This document shows, one piece after another, positions 9,971 to 19,600 of a DNA stretch of 64,000 bases; within the stretch, counting starts at the first letter, position 1, and the number at the start of each line of letters is the position of its first letter. The notes under the pieces were generated by a model. It saw only the letters and a list, made by a program, of their open reading frames with translations, searched no databases and was not told the origin of the DNA. The position numbers were made by a program, and so were the translations under genes. The DNA is from Candidatus Thorarchaeota archaeon (GTDB lineage Archaea > Asgardarchaeota > Thorarchaeia > Thorarchaeales > Thorarchaeaceae), in NCBI GenBank assembly GCA_011364905.1, contig RDNZ01000008.1, forward strand, positions 1 through 64,000, given 5' to 3'.

Positions 9971-10399
9971 ATGAGCGAGGAGAACTGCATCTTCTGCAAA
10001 ATAATCCGTGGTGAGATACCAGCCTCAGTTGTCTTTGAAGATGACCATTGTCTTGCATTTATGGATGTGTTTCCCATTTCTGAGGGGCACTGTCTCTTGA
10101 TTCCAAAGAAGCATTTCGTAAACATGTTTGATGTAGATCCTGAGGTAGTCGCGCATCTAGCCAAGAGACTTTCAGATTTGTCAAAAAGAGTGCAAAAGGC
10201 TACAGGTGCACAAGGAGTTCTCAATATTGTAGCCAACGGTGAAGGCGCTGGTCAGGATGTTTTCCATCTTCATCTCCATGCAATTCCACGCAACAAGAAT
10301 TCACCCTTCGGATTCAGATTTCCCCCTAATTATCGGGACTCTATGGCTCCGAGAGAAGTCTTGGACCAAATTGCTGACAAGATTCGTAACGCGGTCTAA
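9971..10399 (+). CDS. HIT-family (histidine triad) nucleotide hydrolase
   Basis: CIFCKI N-terminus, GH.LLIPKKH, GQDVFHLHLHAIPR triad. Confidence 0.93.
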   Translation: MSEENCIFCKIIRGEIPASVVFEDDHCLAFMDVFPISEGHCLLIPKKHFVNMFDVDPEVVAHLAKRLSDLSKRVQKATGAQGVLNIVANGEGAGQDVFHLHLHAIPRNKNSPFGFRFPPNYRDSMAPREVLDQIADKIRNAV

Positions 10400-10830
10400 T
10401 CAATTTGGAGCAGATTCAAGCCGGTAACATCATCACGGGCCCTTATCAGTTCAATCTTGGTTTCAATAATGACAAGCTCGATAGTGACGGAAACTTCGCA
10501 TCCCGCCATCAGATGTCCACCCCAACATTTGCCATTTTCGTCAGCCACGACCATGTGAGCATGAATAACCAAGTCCCCTTCATGCGTGGAGATGTCACCA
10601 ATGCATGAAACCACTTCGACATCCTGGTTAACTGTGAAATCTTTGTAAGTTGACGATTCCCTATGGAAATAGCCGAGTTTTGCCTTTGAAACAGCTCCTA
10701 TCAAGCTCAACTGGCCCGACCTGACACCATTCTCTCTGGCAACAGTTTCGATAGATGTCAAAATGTCTTCTCCAGGTTCCATCCGTGCGAAAATTACATT
10801 CTTGATTTCAGTCTGAATTGAGCGCACCAT
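10396..10830 (-). CDS. PPC/DUF296 domain protein
   Basis: RMEPGEDI, IGAV, EVVSCIGDI, HAHMVVAD, GGHL. True start is likely the ATG at 10830, since the longer ORF overlaps polB. Confidence 0.88.
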   Translation of the reverse strand: MVRSIQTEIKNVIFARMEPGEDILTSIETVARENGVRSGQLSLIGAVSKAKLGYFHRESSTYKDFTVNQDVEVVSCIGDISTHEGDLVIHAHMVVADENGKCWGGHLMAGCEVSVTIELVIIETKIELIRARDDVTGLNLLQID

Positions 10831-10922
10831 GACTTCTTTGAACGCTATACTCTCTAATGAAGGACTCGCATGATAGGAAGTGCTTATCAGTGATACGCAG
10901 TCCACATAGACAGTGAAAGGTA

Positions 10923-13748
10923 TTGACCAAGGATGAACAACCAGCAGATGAGAGTCAGTCTTCTCTAGAGGACTTCTTCTCTGAATCAGAAGAAGCGGTA
11001 GAGGCCATAGAAGACCCGCCATCTGAGGTCAGTACCAAGTCATCAGACAAGCAGAACAAATCCCAGAAAAAACATGGGAATCCCGGGGATGACTCTGGTG
11101 AAGGTGATGAAGATGAGGAAGACTCCTCATTGGATGTTTCAATTGCGGACAGTGGAACTCCTACAAACTTGTCACCATCTTTTCTTTTATCCATCGACTA
11201 TTCTGGTCCACACAACAAGGCAATGGCTCGACTCTACAATCCCAACGACAAGAAAGTCTACTTCTGGTTTGACAACACAGGCCATAAGCCATACTGCTAT
11301 ACTGACTGGCCAAAACAAGTTGTTGAATCCAGCGTCAAAAGAAAGAAGGGATTTCTTCGTGCAGAAACGGTTGAGTTACACGATTTACTGAAAGACCAAC
11401 CAGTTAAGATGACAAAAGTCATTGGTGATAATCCCTTGGCTATTGGAGGCAGCTCAGACTCCATTAGAGAAGTATTGGTTGAAAAAATCAGTGATCCACT
11501 TGACCCTAATAGGAAGATAAAATCGAGTCATGCTTGGGAGGCAGCAATCCGCTATCAATTGTGCTATACCTATGATCGGAAACTTGTTCCTGGCTTGATG
11601 TACAAGATAGAAAATGGCAATCTTAATCCTTGTCCGCCAAATGTGGATGCTAAGACGCTTAAGGAGTTCAAAAAAACTATACAAGATGAAGAGAGTCTCG
11701 AATCAATCATCACAGAGTACTCACCAATGTTCTTTACGGAAGTTCCAGATATTAAACGGCTCGCGGTGGATATCGAGGTGTATAGCCCGGTTGTGAACCG
11801 TATTCCCGATGCTCGTACCACAGATTATCCTGTGACTGCAATTGGACTTTCCGACAATGAAGGATTCAACAAATGCTTTGTATTGAAGAGGGAAGGTTAC
11901 TCTGAGGGCAAGAAGAGTAAGGAGTTTCCAAAGGAGCTAGAGATAGTATATTTCGAAGAAGAAGGTGAGATGCTCGGAGAGGCGTTCAAAATCATTGATG
12001 AATATCCGATTGTTCTCACTTTCGTAGGTGATACATTTGATCTGAAGTATCTCCATAACCGTGCAAAACGACTGAGACTCGACATGAACAATTGCCCGAT
12101 AAAATTGAGAGGAAATCAGGATCCGCGACGGGAAAGAGCTAGCTTGGACCATGGCATCCATGTTGATATGTACAAATTCTTCACGAATCCGTCCATCAAA
12201 ATCTATGCTCTCTCAGGAGCCTACCAACGAGAAAACCTAGATACAATAGCTCAGGGTATACTTGGTATTGGAAAATTAGAACTGAGTGACAACATCTCTG
12301 ACTTGTCATATTTCGAGCTTGCCCACTATTGCTGGCTGGATGCGAATCTTGTCATGAGGTTCACGCAGTTTGAAGACAATCTCCTGATGCGTTTGATTGT
12401 TCTATTGATGCGTATCTCTCGAATGTCTATGGGTGACGTGACCAGATTCTATATCTCCTCATGGATTCAATCTTTATTCCGGCAAGAACATCGCTCTCAT
12501 AACTATTTGATTCCCCGACGTGTTGATATAGACAGCATGAAGACAGCTAGTGCACAGATTGAGGCGACTATCGATGGCAAGGGTTTCAAGGGTGCTATCG
12601 TAATCGAACCCGTAGCTGGTGTTCACTTCAATGCCACAGTGCTTGACTTTGCTAGCCTGTATCCGACCATCATGAAGACGCACAACATCAGTTATGAAAC
12701 TGTAGACTGCCCTCATGAAGTGTGCAAGAATGGTACAGGGAATCAAGTTCCAGAAACCGAACACTGGACCTGCACGCTCAAGCGAGGAATGATCAGTCAA
12801 ACAATAGGGTTCTTCAGAGACACTCGCGTCAAGTGGTTTAAGCCCAAAGCAAAGGATAAAACATTGGATGAAAAAACCCGCAACTGGTATTCTGTTGTTG
12901 AGAAAGCTCTCAAGGTGTTTGTTAATGCATCATATGGTGTTACTGGTGCACAACACTTTGAACTGTTCTGTATGCCCGCTGCTGAGAGTGTAACCGCATA
13001 TGGTCGAGACGCGATTATCAGAACAAAGAAGAAAGCTGAATCCATGGGAATTCGAGTTCTTTATGGGGACACTGACTCCGTATTCCTTGACAATCCGAAT
13101 GAAGAACAACAGAAAGAACTAGTACGTTGGTCTCGGTCAGAACTAGGCATTGATCTTGAGGTTGAAAAGAGCTACAAGTATGTAGCACTATCGGACCGCA
13201 AAAAGAACTACATTGGTGTCTATAAAGATGGTACAGTCGAGGTCAAAGGGCTTAGTGGAAAGAAACGAAATACTCCAGACTTCGCTCAAGAAGCTTTTCG
13301 AAAGATGTTGGAAGTCCTTAGTAGAGTTGATGATGCTGAAGGTTTCGATGCTGCGAAGGAAGAGATTCGTGAGATTGTTAACCATGTTATTGATAGATTG
13401 GAAGGAGAATCAGAACCGTATAGCCCGGAAGACTTGGCTTTCAGAATTCAAATGACTAAACCCCTTCACTCCTATGATACTAACATCCCCCACATACGTG
13501 CTGCTAGAATGCTTGTAGAGAAAACACAAGATCCAACAAAAGCATTGCCTGGGACTATTGTATCATTTATCAAGACAAAGGGGCAGGAAACTGTCCTACC
13601 AGTTGAGCTTGCAAAAGAAGGAAGCTACTGGATTGATAAGGACGCGTACATTGATATTTTGAAGAGTGTGTTTGAACAGGTTCTTGATTCCGTTGGCCTT
13701 GACTTCGATGAATTTCTTGGTTTCACAACTCTGGACCAGTTCTTGTGA
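10923..13748 (+). CDS. polB1: Family B DNA polymerase, PolB1 type
   Basis: ExoI DIEV, ExoII FVGDTFDLKYL, ExoIII YCWLDA; DFASLYP, KVFVNASYG, YGDTDS; KGLSGKKRNTP and the CPHEVC..HWTC insert characteristic of B1. Confidence 0.93.
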   Translation: MTKDEQPADESQSSLEDFFSESEEAVEAIEDPPSEVSTKSSDKQNKSQKKHGNPGDDSGEGDEDEEDSSLDVSIADSGTPTNLSPSFLLSIDYSGPHNKAMARLYNPNDKKVYFWFDNTGHKPYCYTDWPKQVVESSVKRKKGFLRAETVELHDLLKDQPVKMTKVIGDNPLAIGGSSDSIREVLVEKISDPLDPNRKIKSSHAWEAAIRYQLCYTYDRKLVPGLMYKIENGNLNPCPPNVDAKTLKEFKKTIQDEESLESIITEYSPMFFTEVPDIKRLAVDIEVYSPVVNRIPDARTTDYPVTAIGLSDNEGFNKCFVLKREGYSEGKKSKEFPKELEIVYFEEEGEMLGEAFKIIDEYPIVLTFVGDTFDLKYLHNRAKRLRLDMNNCPIKLRGNQDPRRERASLDHGIHVDMYKFFTNPSIKIYALSGAYQRENLDTIAQGILGIGKLELSDNISDLSYFELAHYCWLDANLVMRFTQFEDNLLMRLIVLLMRISRMSMGDVTRFYISSWIQSLFRQEHRSHNYLIPRRVDIDSMKTASAQIEATIDGKGFKGAIVIEPVAGVHFNATVLDFASLYPTIMKTHNISYETVDCPHEVCKNGTGNQVPETEHWTCTLKRGMISQTIGFFRDTRVKWFKPKAKDKTLDEKTRNWYSVVEKALKVFVNASYGVTGAQHFELFCMPAAESVTAYGRDAIIRTKKKAESMGIRVLYGDTDSVFLDNPNEEQQKELVRWSRSELGIDLEVEKSYKYVALSDRKKNYIGVYKDGTVEVKGLSGKKRNTPDFAQEAFRKMLEVLSRVDDAEGFDAAKEEIREIVNHVIDRLEGESEPYSPEDLAFRIQMTKPLHSYDTNIPHIRAARMLVEKTQDPTKALPGTIVSFIKTKGQETVLPVELAKEGSYWIDKDAYIDILKSVFEQVLDSVGLDFDEFLGFTTLDQFL

Positions 13749-13772
13749 TAGAAGAATTGACAGAGGGTCTGA

Positions 13773-13787
13773 ATAAGAAATTCTTAT
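13773..13787. promoter_or_regulatory. 7-1-7 palindrome ATAAGAA-A-TTCTTAT overlapping a TATA-like box
   Basis: Perfect inverted repeat in the polB1/hypothetical intergenic region. Confidence 0.3.
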
Positions 13788-13884
13788 AGCGGTGACATGA
13801 TACACGCAAGAGGACTGAGAGCCATCCTTACACCGATTTCGACGGGGTACAAAGATAATGAAGATAAATTATCGTGAATTCTTC

Positions 13885-14892
13885 ATGCAGAAGATGCTTA
13901 TTTTGTTCAAACCTGAGGACATAGAACTGTCTGCAAAGGAGTTCATTTCTACATATGCATCCTACATGCAAGAGGTCGGAATAGTGGGCAAGGGTCCGGA
14001 TGGTTATGCTTTGTATCCTAGCAAAACTGCACCGGTCAAACAGGAGTACACTGAATTTTTCGCTGAATGGGTTCAGCTCAATGATGCATTAAGCATCCAC
14101 GGCGTTGTGGGGATGGACTTCTATACTGATGGATGGTTTGCACGAGATCCAAAATACCAGACGATGAACGATAAGTCTTTGAAAATGGAGCATCAAATTT
14201 GTCCTAATCGAGAGGAGTTTTGGCAATACGGAGCCGAGATAGTCAAGGAGATTGGCTCTTACCCAATCAATGAGATTCTCCTTTTTGGAACCGGTTTCAT
14301 TCGTGATCACTTTTGTTTCTGCGAACGCTGCAGGAATGAATTTGCACCACTAGTTGATCAAGAGCCAGACCGTCTTAGCTATGCCCTTGTGTCGGAAAAC
14401 GAGGAGTATCATGAGAAATGGCATCAATTTCGCAGTGAGAAGGTGCATCAAGGACTTCAATATCTCCAAGACGCCGCATCTGAATCAGATGAAGCTACAG
14501 GAAGAGAACATCCTCTCAGACTCTCTGTTGAAGTTCTAATTGACCCTGAAACTGGTCTTGCAGAGGGGGCTCGCAATGAGTACGGATATGACTACTCCAA
14601 GATTGGCGAAATTACAAAGAATGTGCTCATTAACTTGTTTCCATGGTCGCCTATTCTCCCGGAGAAAGGAAGTGCAGAATATAGCGAACTTGTGGAATCA
14701 CTCTACTTTGTGAATGAATTCACAAGAAGAGGTGGGAGAGCATCTCTATTCCGATGGGGTGTGACTACCACAGAGCAACTACATGAGTTGAAGGCTCTAG
14801 GGAAAGATGTAGGTATAGATCGAATAGTGGGTACTTTTCACTATCCATCAGACTACTCCCGCAGGCGCGAAAGCGCGATTGGAAACTACTAG
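13885..14892 (+). CDS. Hypothetical TIM-barrel glycoside-hydrolase-like protein with CxCxxC insert
   Basis: ICPNRE, HFCFCERCR..F and W..FR...V resemble GHL10/DUF187/GH42-like families. Start at 13885 or 13858. Confidence 0.5.
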   Translation: MQKMLILFKPEDIELSAKEFISTYASYMQEVGIVGKGPDGYALYPSKTAPVKQEYTEFFAEWVQLNDALSIHGVVGMDFYTDGWFARDPKYQTMNDKSLKMEHQICPNREEFWQYGAEIVKEIGSYPINEILLFGTGFIRDHFCFCERCRNEFAPLVDQEPDRLSYALVSENEEYHEKWHQFRSEKVHQGLQYLQDAASESDEATGREHPLRLSVEVLIDPETGLAEGARNEYGYDYSKIGEITKNVLINLFPWSPILPEKGSAEYSELVESLYFVNEFTRRGGRASLFRWGVTTTEQLHELKALGKDVGIDRIVGTFHYPSDYSRRRESAIGNY

Positions 14893-14895
14893 CAA

Positions 14896-15729
14896 TCACT
14901 GTCTTGCGCTACAGTATGGGCAAACTCGGTTATCAGAACGTATGCTTCTTCCACACGAGAAGCAGAAACTATATCCATCGTTTTCTTTTCGAGCATCATC
15001 TACAAATGGGCTTAGTTCGCCTTGTGAGAACAGAGATCCAATACCTTCGATTGACTCATCGGGTTGGTTGTTACAGACTTTGCGGTCCTCTTCTTGATTA
15101 AAGATGCGACTATCTCCTTGATAGTGGTAGGAATCTGAGGATTGCCTTGATTCAGGCCTTTCATCCCGCCACATTCCAGAACGATCACGGTATTGTGCAG
15201 TAACTGACTGCATTGTTTGATCGAGTGATTCGAAGTCCTGTCTATAGTCGTCAGAGCCATACCCGGGGTCCCGAGCTGGACGATTGGCTACACGATCACT
15301 AGAAGCTTGTTTTTCCCAGCTTGGATCCAGATTTGATAATCCTCTCGCGGTTTCGACGAATCTGATGTGAGAGTCGCTTTTTAGGTGTTCATACTCATCC
15401 AGTGTGAGGCCAAGGATTTCCAACGCGCGATCCCTTTCAGCACATCTCTTTGACAATGGACAGCAGTATGCAAGACTGCCATGACATAGTGATGCCATTG
15501 CCCGATCCTGACGCGACTTGAAGATTGGTGTGATGCGTTTGCTCCCGAGAACAAGTGAGTCCCCAACGGTCCTTAGCTCAGAATATCCACTCTGGGCTAG
15601 AGCTTCAATGATCTCTCTGGCGGGATATGCCCGCCCTTCAATGATGATGTGTCCTTCTGTCTTGTCAAGTCGAACAGGTCGCTCGCTGTCCTTGTTACCA
15701 TCATAGCTAGAATATCTCGTGTTACCCAC
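14896..15729 (-). CDS. Cys-rich protein: methanogenesis-marker-9-like motif, low-complexity linker, C-terminal zinc ribbon
   Basis: CHGSLAYCCPLSKRCAERDRALEILGLTLDEYEHLK; C-terminal CFSCG...CPYC. Confidence 0.6.
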   Translation of the reverse strand: MGNTRYSSYDGNKDSERPVRLDKTEGHIIIEGRAYPAREIIEALAQSGYSELRTVGDSLVLGSKRITPIFKSRQDRAMASLCHGSLAYCCPLSKRCAERDRALEILGLTLDEYEHLKSDSHIRFVETARGLSNLDPSWEKQASSDRVANRPARDPGYGSDDYRQDFESLDQTMQSVTAQYRDRSGMWRDERPESRQSSDSYHYQGDSRIFNQEEDRKVCNNQPDESIEGIGSLFSQGELSPFVDDARKENDGYSFCFSCGRSIRSDNRVCPYCSARQ

Positions 15730-15870
15730 CTCTCAGAATACTGAATAGATGTCATATTGTCATGTCCTCTGAACAATACAGGTGTATGTATTATCTGGGT
15801 CTGACGCGGGATAGTTATATACTCGCGAAGCATTATCAACGTCCAGCGACCCTTTGGAGGACAAAAAGAA

Positions 15871-16242
15871 ATGGGACTAAAAGCTGAAGGTGCCGCTCAG
15901 GGATATACTGTCCTTGGAGGCATTGTGCTTCTGGTTTATGCTTTCGAACGTATCTATCAAGCCATGATAGGTCCAGGAATTGACACTCTAGATGGAATCA
16001 TAGAAGTTCTTCTTGCCATTGTACTCATCGTCATGGTGGCTCTAGCATTTGATGCCTGCGGATTCATATCTTGGAAGGTCCACAAGTCTGGGGCGCTCTT
16101 AAGCCTCTTTGGACTTATTATCATCTTGATCGTTTCCTATCCAGCCATAACAATTAACCCAATCGCTTGGCTCCGAAGTCTATACACCCTTGCGGGTCTC
16201 ATGATTCTATTGGGCGGACTCCTCCTCGTATTCAGAAAGTAG
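15871..16242 (+). CDS. Small 4-TM membrane protein
   Basis: Four hydrophobic Gly-rich helices; GGAGG upstream. Confidence 0.75.
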   Translation: MGLKAEGAAQGYTVLGGIVLLVYAFERIYQAMIGPGIDTLDGIIEVLLAIVLIVMVALAFDACGFISWKVHKSGALLSLFGLIIILIVSYPAITINPIAWLRSLYTLAGLMILLGGLLLVFRK

Positions 16243-16324
16243 GTCTTTCACCTCGCTCACATCGGTAATTAGATAATGGGGATATAATCCTCAACGAACG
16301 TTCACTTCACAGAAGGTGAATGAT

Positions 16325-17671
16325 ATGGACGACAAACACACTCAGATCTTGAAGGAGCTCGGGTTTACGATTGACAAAAGCATGATGACCAATGAATATT
16401 GGAAGAAACGAGCGGCGGAAGCACTTGCTCTTACTACTCAAGACCGTGATGTATATGGATGCCTTGACCATACAGTAGGTGAGGGCGTCCAGCTGTTCGA
16501 TGTTGAAGGGACAGAATATCTTGATGTCACCGGAGGTGTCGCTGTTAGAGCACTTGGCCTCAGAAACAAATCCCTCCTCGAATTCGAAGAACGTATTTTG
16601 GATGTTGTCCACGAACTGCCAGGTATGGACTTTGATGCTATACCTCAAACTCTCTTGGCTGAACGCGTTATGGGAATTACACCTGGCAATCATAAGAAAC
16701 AGGTTGCATTCACAACGTCCGGAGGTCGAGCTGTAGAAGGATGTTTGAAGTCTGCATTGGACCTGTCAAACAAACGAAGAGTTGTTGCTTTCAGACCTGC
16801 TTTTCATGGTCGAACCGGATATGCTCTTGCACTCACAGCATCGAATTCCAGACACAAATCAGGATTTCCACAAGGATTGGATGTAATCAGGGTTCCATAT
16901 CCCTATTGCTACAGATGTCCTTACAACACTAACGCAGAGGATTGTAGTCTTGAGTGTGTTGAAGAACTCAGATACGCATTACAAGTGGAGGGAAATGACA
17001 TTGCAATCACAGTGATGGAACCAATATGCGGCGAGGGGGGTCTCATTGTGCCTCCATCTAAGGCAGTTCAAGGCATCTATGACCTAACGCGTGAAGTCGG
17101 AGCCTACTTCATGTCTGATGAGGTTCAAGCCGGAATGGGCCGAACAGGCAAATGGTGTGCGATCGAGAATCATGGTGTTGTTCCTGATTATGTTTCAATG
17201 GGCAAAGCCATTGGTGGTGGTTATCCAATGGGCGCCTCAATAGGGCCCTCACCCATGTTCTCAGGGATTGCACGTCATTCCGAAACTTTCTCTGCAGAGC
17301 CAAAGATGTCACTCCTTTCCCTATGGGTCATCAAAACACTAGAAGATGGTGAATATCTCCGAAAGAATAGAGAGAATGGTGAATATCTCATGAAACGTCT
17401 GAATGAACTGAGGGACAGACATGAGGTTGTTGGAGATATCAGAGGAATTGGTCTTATGATTGGAGTCGAATTCGTCAAAGACAAGAAATCCAAAGAAAAA
17501 GATCCAAAGCTTCGGAATAGTATTGTGAAAAACGCGGTCCAAGTGCAAAAAATGTGGATGCTTGGTGCAGGACAAAATGTGATCCGTTTCACTCCAAGCT
17601 ATATCATCTCAAGGGACAATATCGATGATGCCGTAGACCGTCTTGATAGAGCAATCAAAGCTTCTGTCTAG
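16325..17671 (+). CDS. Class III PLP-dependent aminotransferase (4-aminobutyrate/acetylornithine-type)
   Basis: FHGRT, EPI.GEGG, DEVQAGMGRTG, PLP lysine in MGKAIGGG, RGIGLMIGVE. GGTGA precedes the ATG at 16325. Confidence 0.92.
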   Translation: MDDKHTQILKELGFTIDKSMMTNEYWKKRAAEALALTTQDRDVYGCLDHTVGEGVQLFDVEGTEYLDVTGGVAVRALGLRNKSLLEFEERILDVVHELPGMDFDAIPQTLLAERVMGITPGNHKKQVAFTTSGGRAVEGCLKSALDLSNKRRVVAFRPAFHGRTGYALALTASNSRHKSGFPQGLDVIRVPYPYCYRCPYNTNAEDCSLECVEELRYALQVEGNDIAITVMEPICGEGGLIVPPSKAVQGIYDLTREVGAYFMSDEVQAGMGRTGKWCAIENHGVVPDYVSMGKAIGGGYPMGASIGPSPMFSGIARHSETFSAEPKMSLLSLWVIKTLEDGEYLRKNRENGEYLMKRLNELRDRHEVVGDIRGIGLMIGVEFVKDKKSKEKDPKLRNSIVKNAVQVQKMWMLGAGQNVIRFTPSYIISRDNIDDAVDRLDRAIKASV

Positions 17672-17675
17672 TACA

Positions 17676-17689
17676 GAAAAAAGAAGAAG
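17676..17689 (-). terminator. Oligo-T tract, possible archaeal terminator of the 17731-18063 gene
   Basis: CTTCTTCTTTTTTC on the minus strand between convergent genes. Confidence 0.3.
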
Positions 17690-17730
17690 ACCCATCTCTA
17701 GTCCAAAGACAAGAGATGAGTGCTCTACGT

Positions 17731-18063
17731 TTACAGTAGCCAGAGAATTGAGCCAATGATGACGAGTATGCCACCAATGTCGCTTGCGAACAGAACCATC
17801 AGGATACCAACAATGAGTACGACGATGAATTTGTTCGTCTTTCCAAAGTCTAAAGCTTTAATCTTGAGGAAACCGCTGTTCACTAATGCGATAAGTGAGA
17901 ATATGATCGCAAGAATGCCCAAGACAATCGCGTTAAGGTATCCTCCTAGTGGATTGAAAAACATGAAACCCCCACCTGGGATTAGAAGTAGGATTCCTTG
18001 GATTAAGCCGATAAGAGCACCAATGAGAACCAATAGGTCTCCAATTTGCTTCAGATTCGCCAT
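17731..18063 (-). CDS. Small 4-TM membrane protein
   Basis: Four hydrophobic helices with GG motifs; AGGAG plus A-rich leader upstream. Confidence 0.78.
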   Translation of the reverse strand: MANLKQIGDLLVLIGALIGLIQGILLLIPGGGFMFFNPLGGYLNAIVLGILAIIFSLIALVNSGFLKIKALDFGKTNKFIVVLIVGILMVLFASDIGGILVIIGSILWLL

Positions 18064-18146
18064 TTTTTCTTTTTTCTCCTTCTACGTATACACCCCTCAA
18101 AAGGGCTTAGAGACGCACATCTGCACAGTATTTAATGTTATCGACT

Positions 18147-18166
18147 AAATTAACAAACGTTAATTT
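18147..18166. promoter_or_regulatory. 8-4-8 inverted repeat AAATTAAC-aaac-GTTAATTT, putative operator
   Basis: Perfect palindrome in the divergent intergenic region between the membrane-protein gene and the methyltransferase. Confidence 0.4.
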
Positions 18167-18216
18167 GTAATGTGAACCTATAAGGGTGGGATTTTGTTAA
18201 AGCGTACTGGATATGA

Positions 18217-19563
18217 TTGCAAAAGGCGGTTAGAAAAGTGAATACTTCAACTCCAAATGATATGCATGATAGCTCTTCTCAAGAGTTGGAGTTTGAAGGG
18301 GGTATCAATCCTAGAATCGACATCCCCAATGGTGGTGAGATTCTTATTATAAGCAATGACCAGTCCTATCTGACGCATGGGATCCACAAGTTTCCAGCTA
18401 AGTTCTTTCCTGAACTGCCCCGTTATCTAATCCAGAAATATTCAGTTGCTGGTGAAACAGTTCTCGATCCAATGTGTGGGAGCGGGACCGTGGTCTTAGA
18501 GGCCATTTTAAACAATCGGATTGGAATCGGGATTGATATAGACCCAATCGCGAGATTGATTACAAAAGTAAAGACCACTACTATTGATCCTGGATTTCTA
18601 ATCAAATCAGCAAGAAACCTTGTCAAACAGATCCATGAACTTGATAGTCTGCCTGATTATCAGCCTTCGATACCTGAATTTCACTATCGAGAGAACTGGT
18701 TTCGTTCGTATGTGTTGCGCGAGTTGGCAATAATCACTGAGAGTATTGATAATCTATTCTTGCCAAAGCAAAACGATACCATGTTTCACGACATCCGTGA
18801 CTTCTGCCGAGTTGTACTTTCTTCTATCATTAGAGATGTTTCTAATGCGGATCCACATTGCACACGCACGGTTCTTAGAAAGAAAGTGGTGAAGAATATT
18901 CGCCCTGGTGATACGCTTAAGAAATTCTCCGAAACCATCTTTCGTCAGTGTGACTCAATGTGTGAGTTTTTTGATGTCTCTCAAGCACTAACCTTCAAAG
19001 ACGTGCGGCTCCCAGATAGGAATGCGCTCAAAACTGGATTGGACAGTGACACCATCGACCTGATAATAACTTCGCCTCCATACATCAATGCTGTGGATTA
19101 CCCTCGAACACACCAGTTAGAGATGTACTGGCTAGGTCTTCTAGGGGATGGTCCACTTTCCCGCTTGAAACGGACTTACATTGGAACTGAGACTGTTTAC
19201 AAGGAAGAGTATGAACATCTAAAGACCACTGGTTATGAAACCCTGGACCCAATACTTGAGGAGATATACGAGAAAGACCCTCGACGATCCTTCATCGTTT
19301 TCAAATTCTTTGATGATATGAAGTCCCAGCTTGAAGAGATGTACAGGATACTCAAGCCAGGGGGCCATTATTGTATCACAATTGGCAGTAATCAAATTCG
19401 TGGAGTGGAAGTCCGTTCAGACCGGATTCTCGCTGAAATTGCTACTGCAGGAATGGGATTCGAGCAGGAAAACACTTTCTTCTCGAAACTCATTCGTCAC
19501 TTTATCAGAATTCCTCGACCTGAACGGATGCTGGGCGAGTGGATTTTAATCTTGAGAAAGTGA
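18217..19563 (+). CDS. Orphan DNA amino-methyltransferase (N4-cytosine/N6-adenine type, motif I before SPPY)
   Basis: THGIHKFPAKF, VLDPMCGSGT (SAM binding), ITSPPY catalytic motif, EMYRILKPGG. Confidence 0.85.
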   Translation: MQKAVRKVNTSTPNDMHDSSSQELEFEGGINPRIDIPNGGEILIISNDQSYLTHGIHKFPAKFFPELPRYLIQKYSVAGETVLDPMCGSGTVVLEAILNNRIGIGIDIDPIARLITKVKTTTIDPGFLIKSARNLVKQIHELDSLPDYQPSIPEFHYRENWFRSYVLRELAIITESIDNLFLPKQNDTMFHDIRDFCRVVLSSIIRDVSNADPHCTRTVLRKKVVKNIRPGDTLKKFSETIFRQCDSMCEFFDVSQALTFKDVRLPDRNALKTGLDSDTIDLIITSPPYINAVDYPRTHQLEMYWLGLLGDGPLSRLKRTYIGTETVYKEEYEHLKTTGYETLDPILEEIYEKDPRRSFIVFKFFDDMKSQLEEMYRILKPGGHYCITIGSNQIRGVEVRSDRILAEIATAGMGFEQENTFFSKLIRHFIRIPRPERMLGEWILILRK

Positions 19564-19600
19564 TTCCGATTCTGAACGGTACTCGCGTTTCCTTTCCGCA

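Noticed and set aside
10831-11022. N-terminal extension of the PPC ORF in the ORF track
   Set aside because: It overlaps the divergent polB1 start and promoter, and the domain begins at ATG 10830.
10923-13748. Intein in PolB, or viral/casposon PolB
   Set aside because: Motif spacing is normal, with no intein termini or LAGLIDADG motifs, no Cas1 or terminal repeats, and cellular B1 signatures.
13749-13884. Possible C/D-box sRNA or tRNA in intergenic regions
   Set aside because: No convincing RUGAUGA/CUGA pair or cloverleaf by eye. An Infernal/tRNAscan run would be needed.
18217-19563. Complete restriction-modification system
   Set aside because: No endonuclease or specificity subunit is adjacent.
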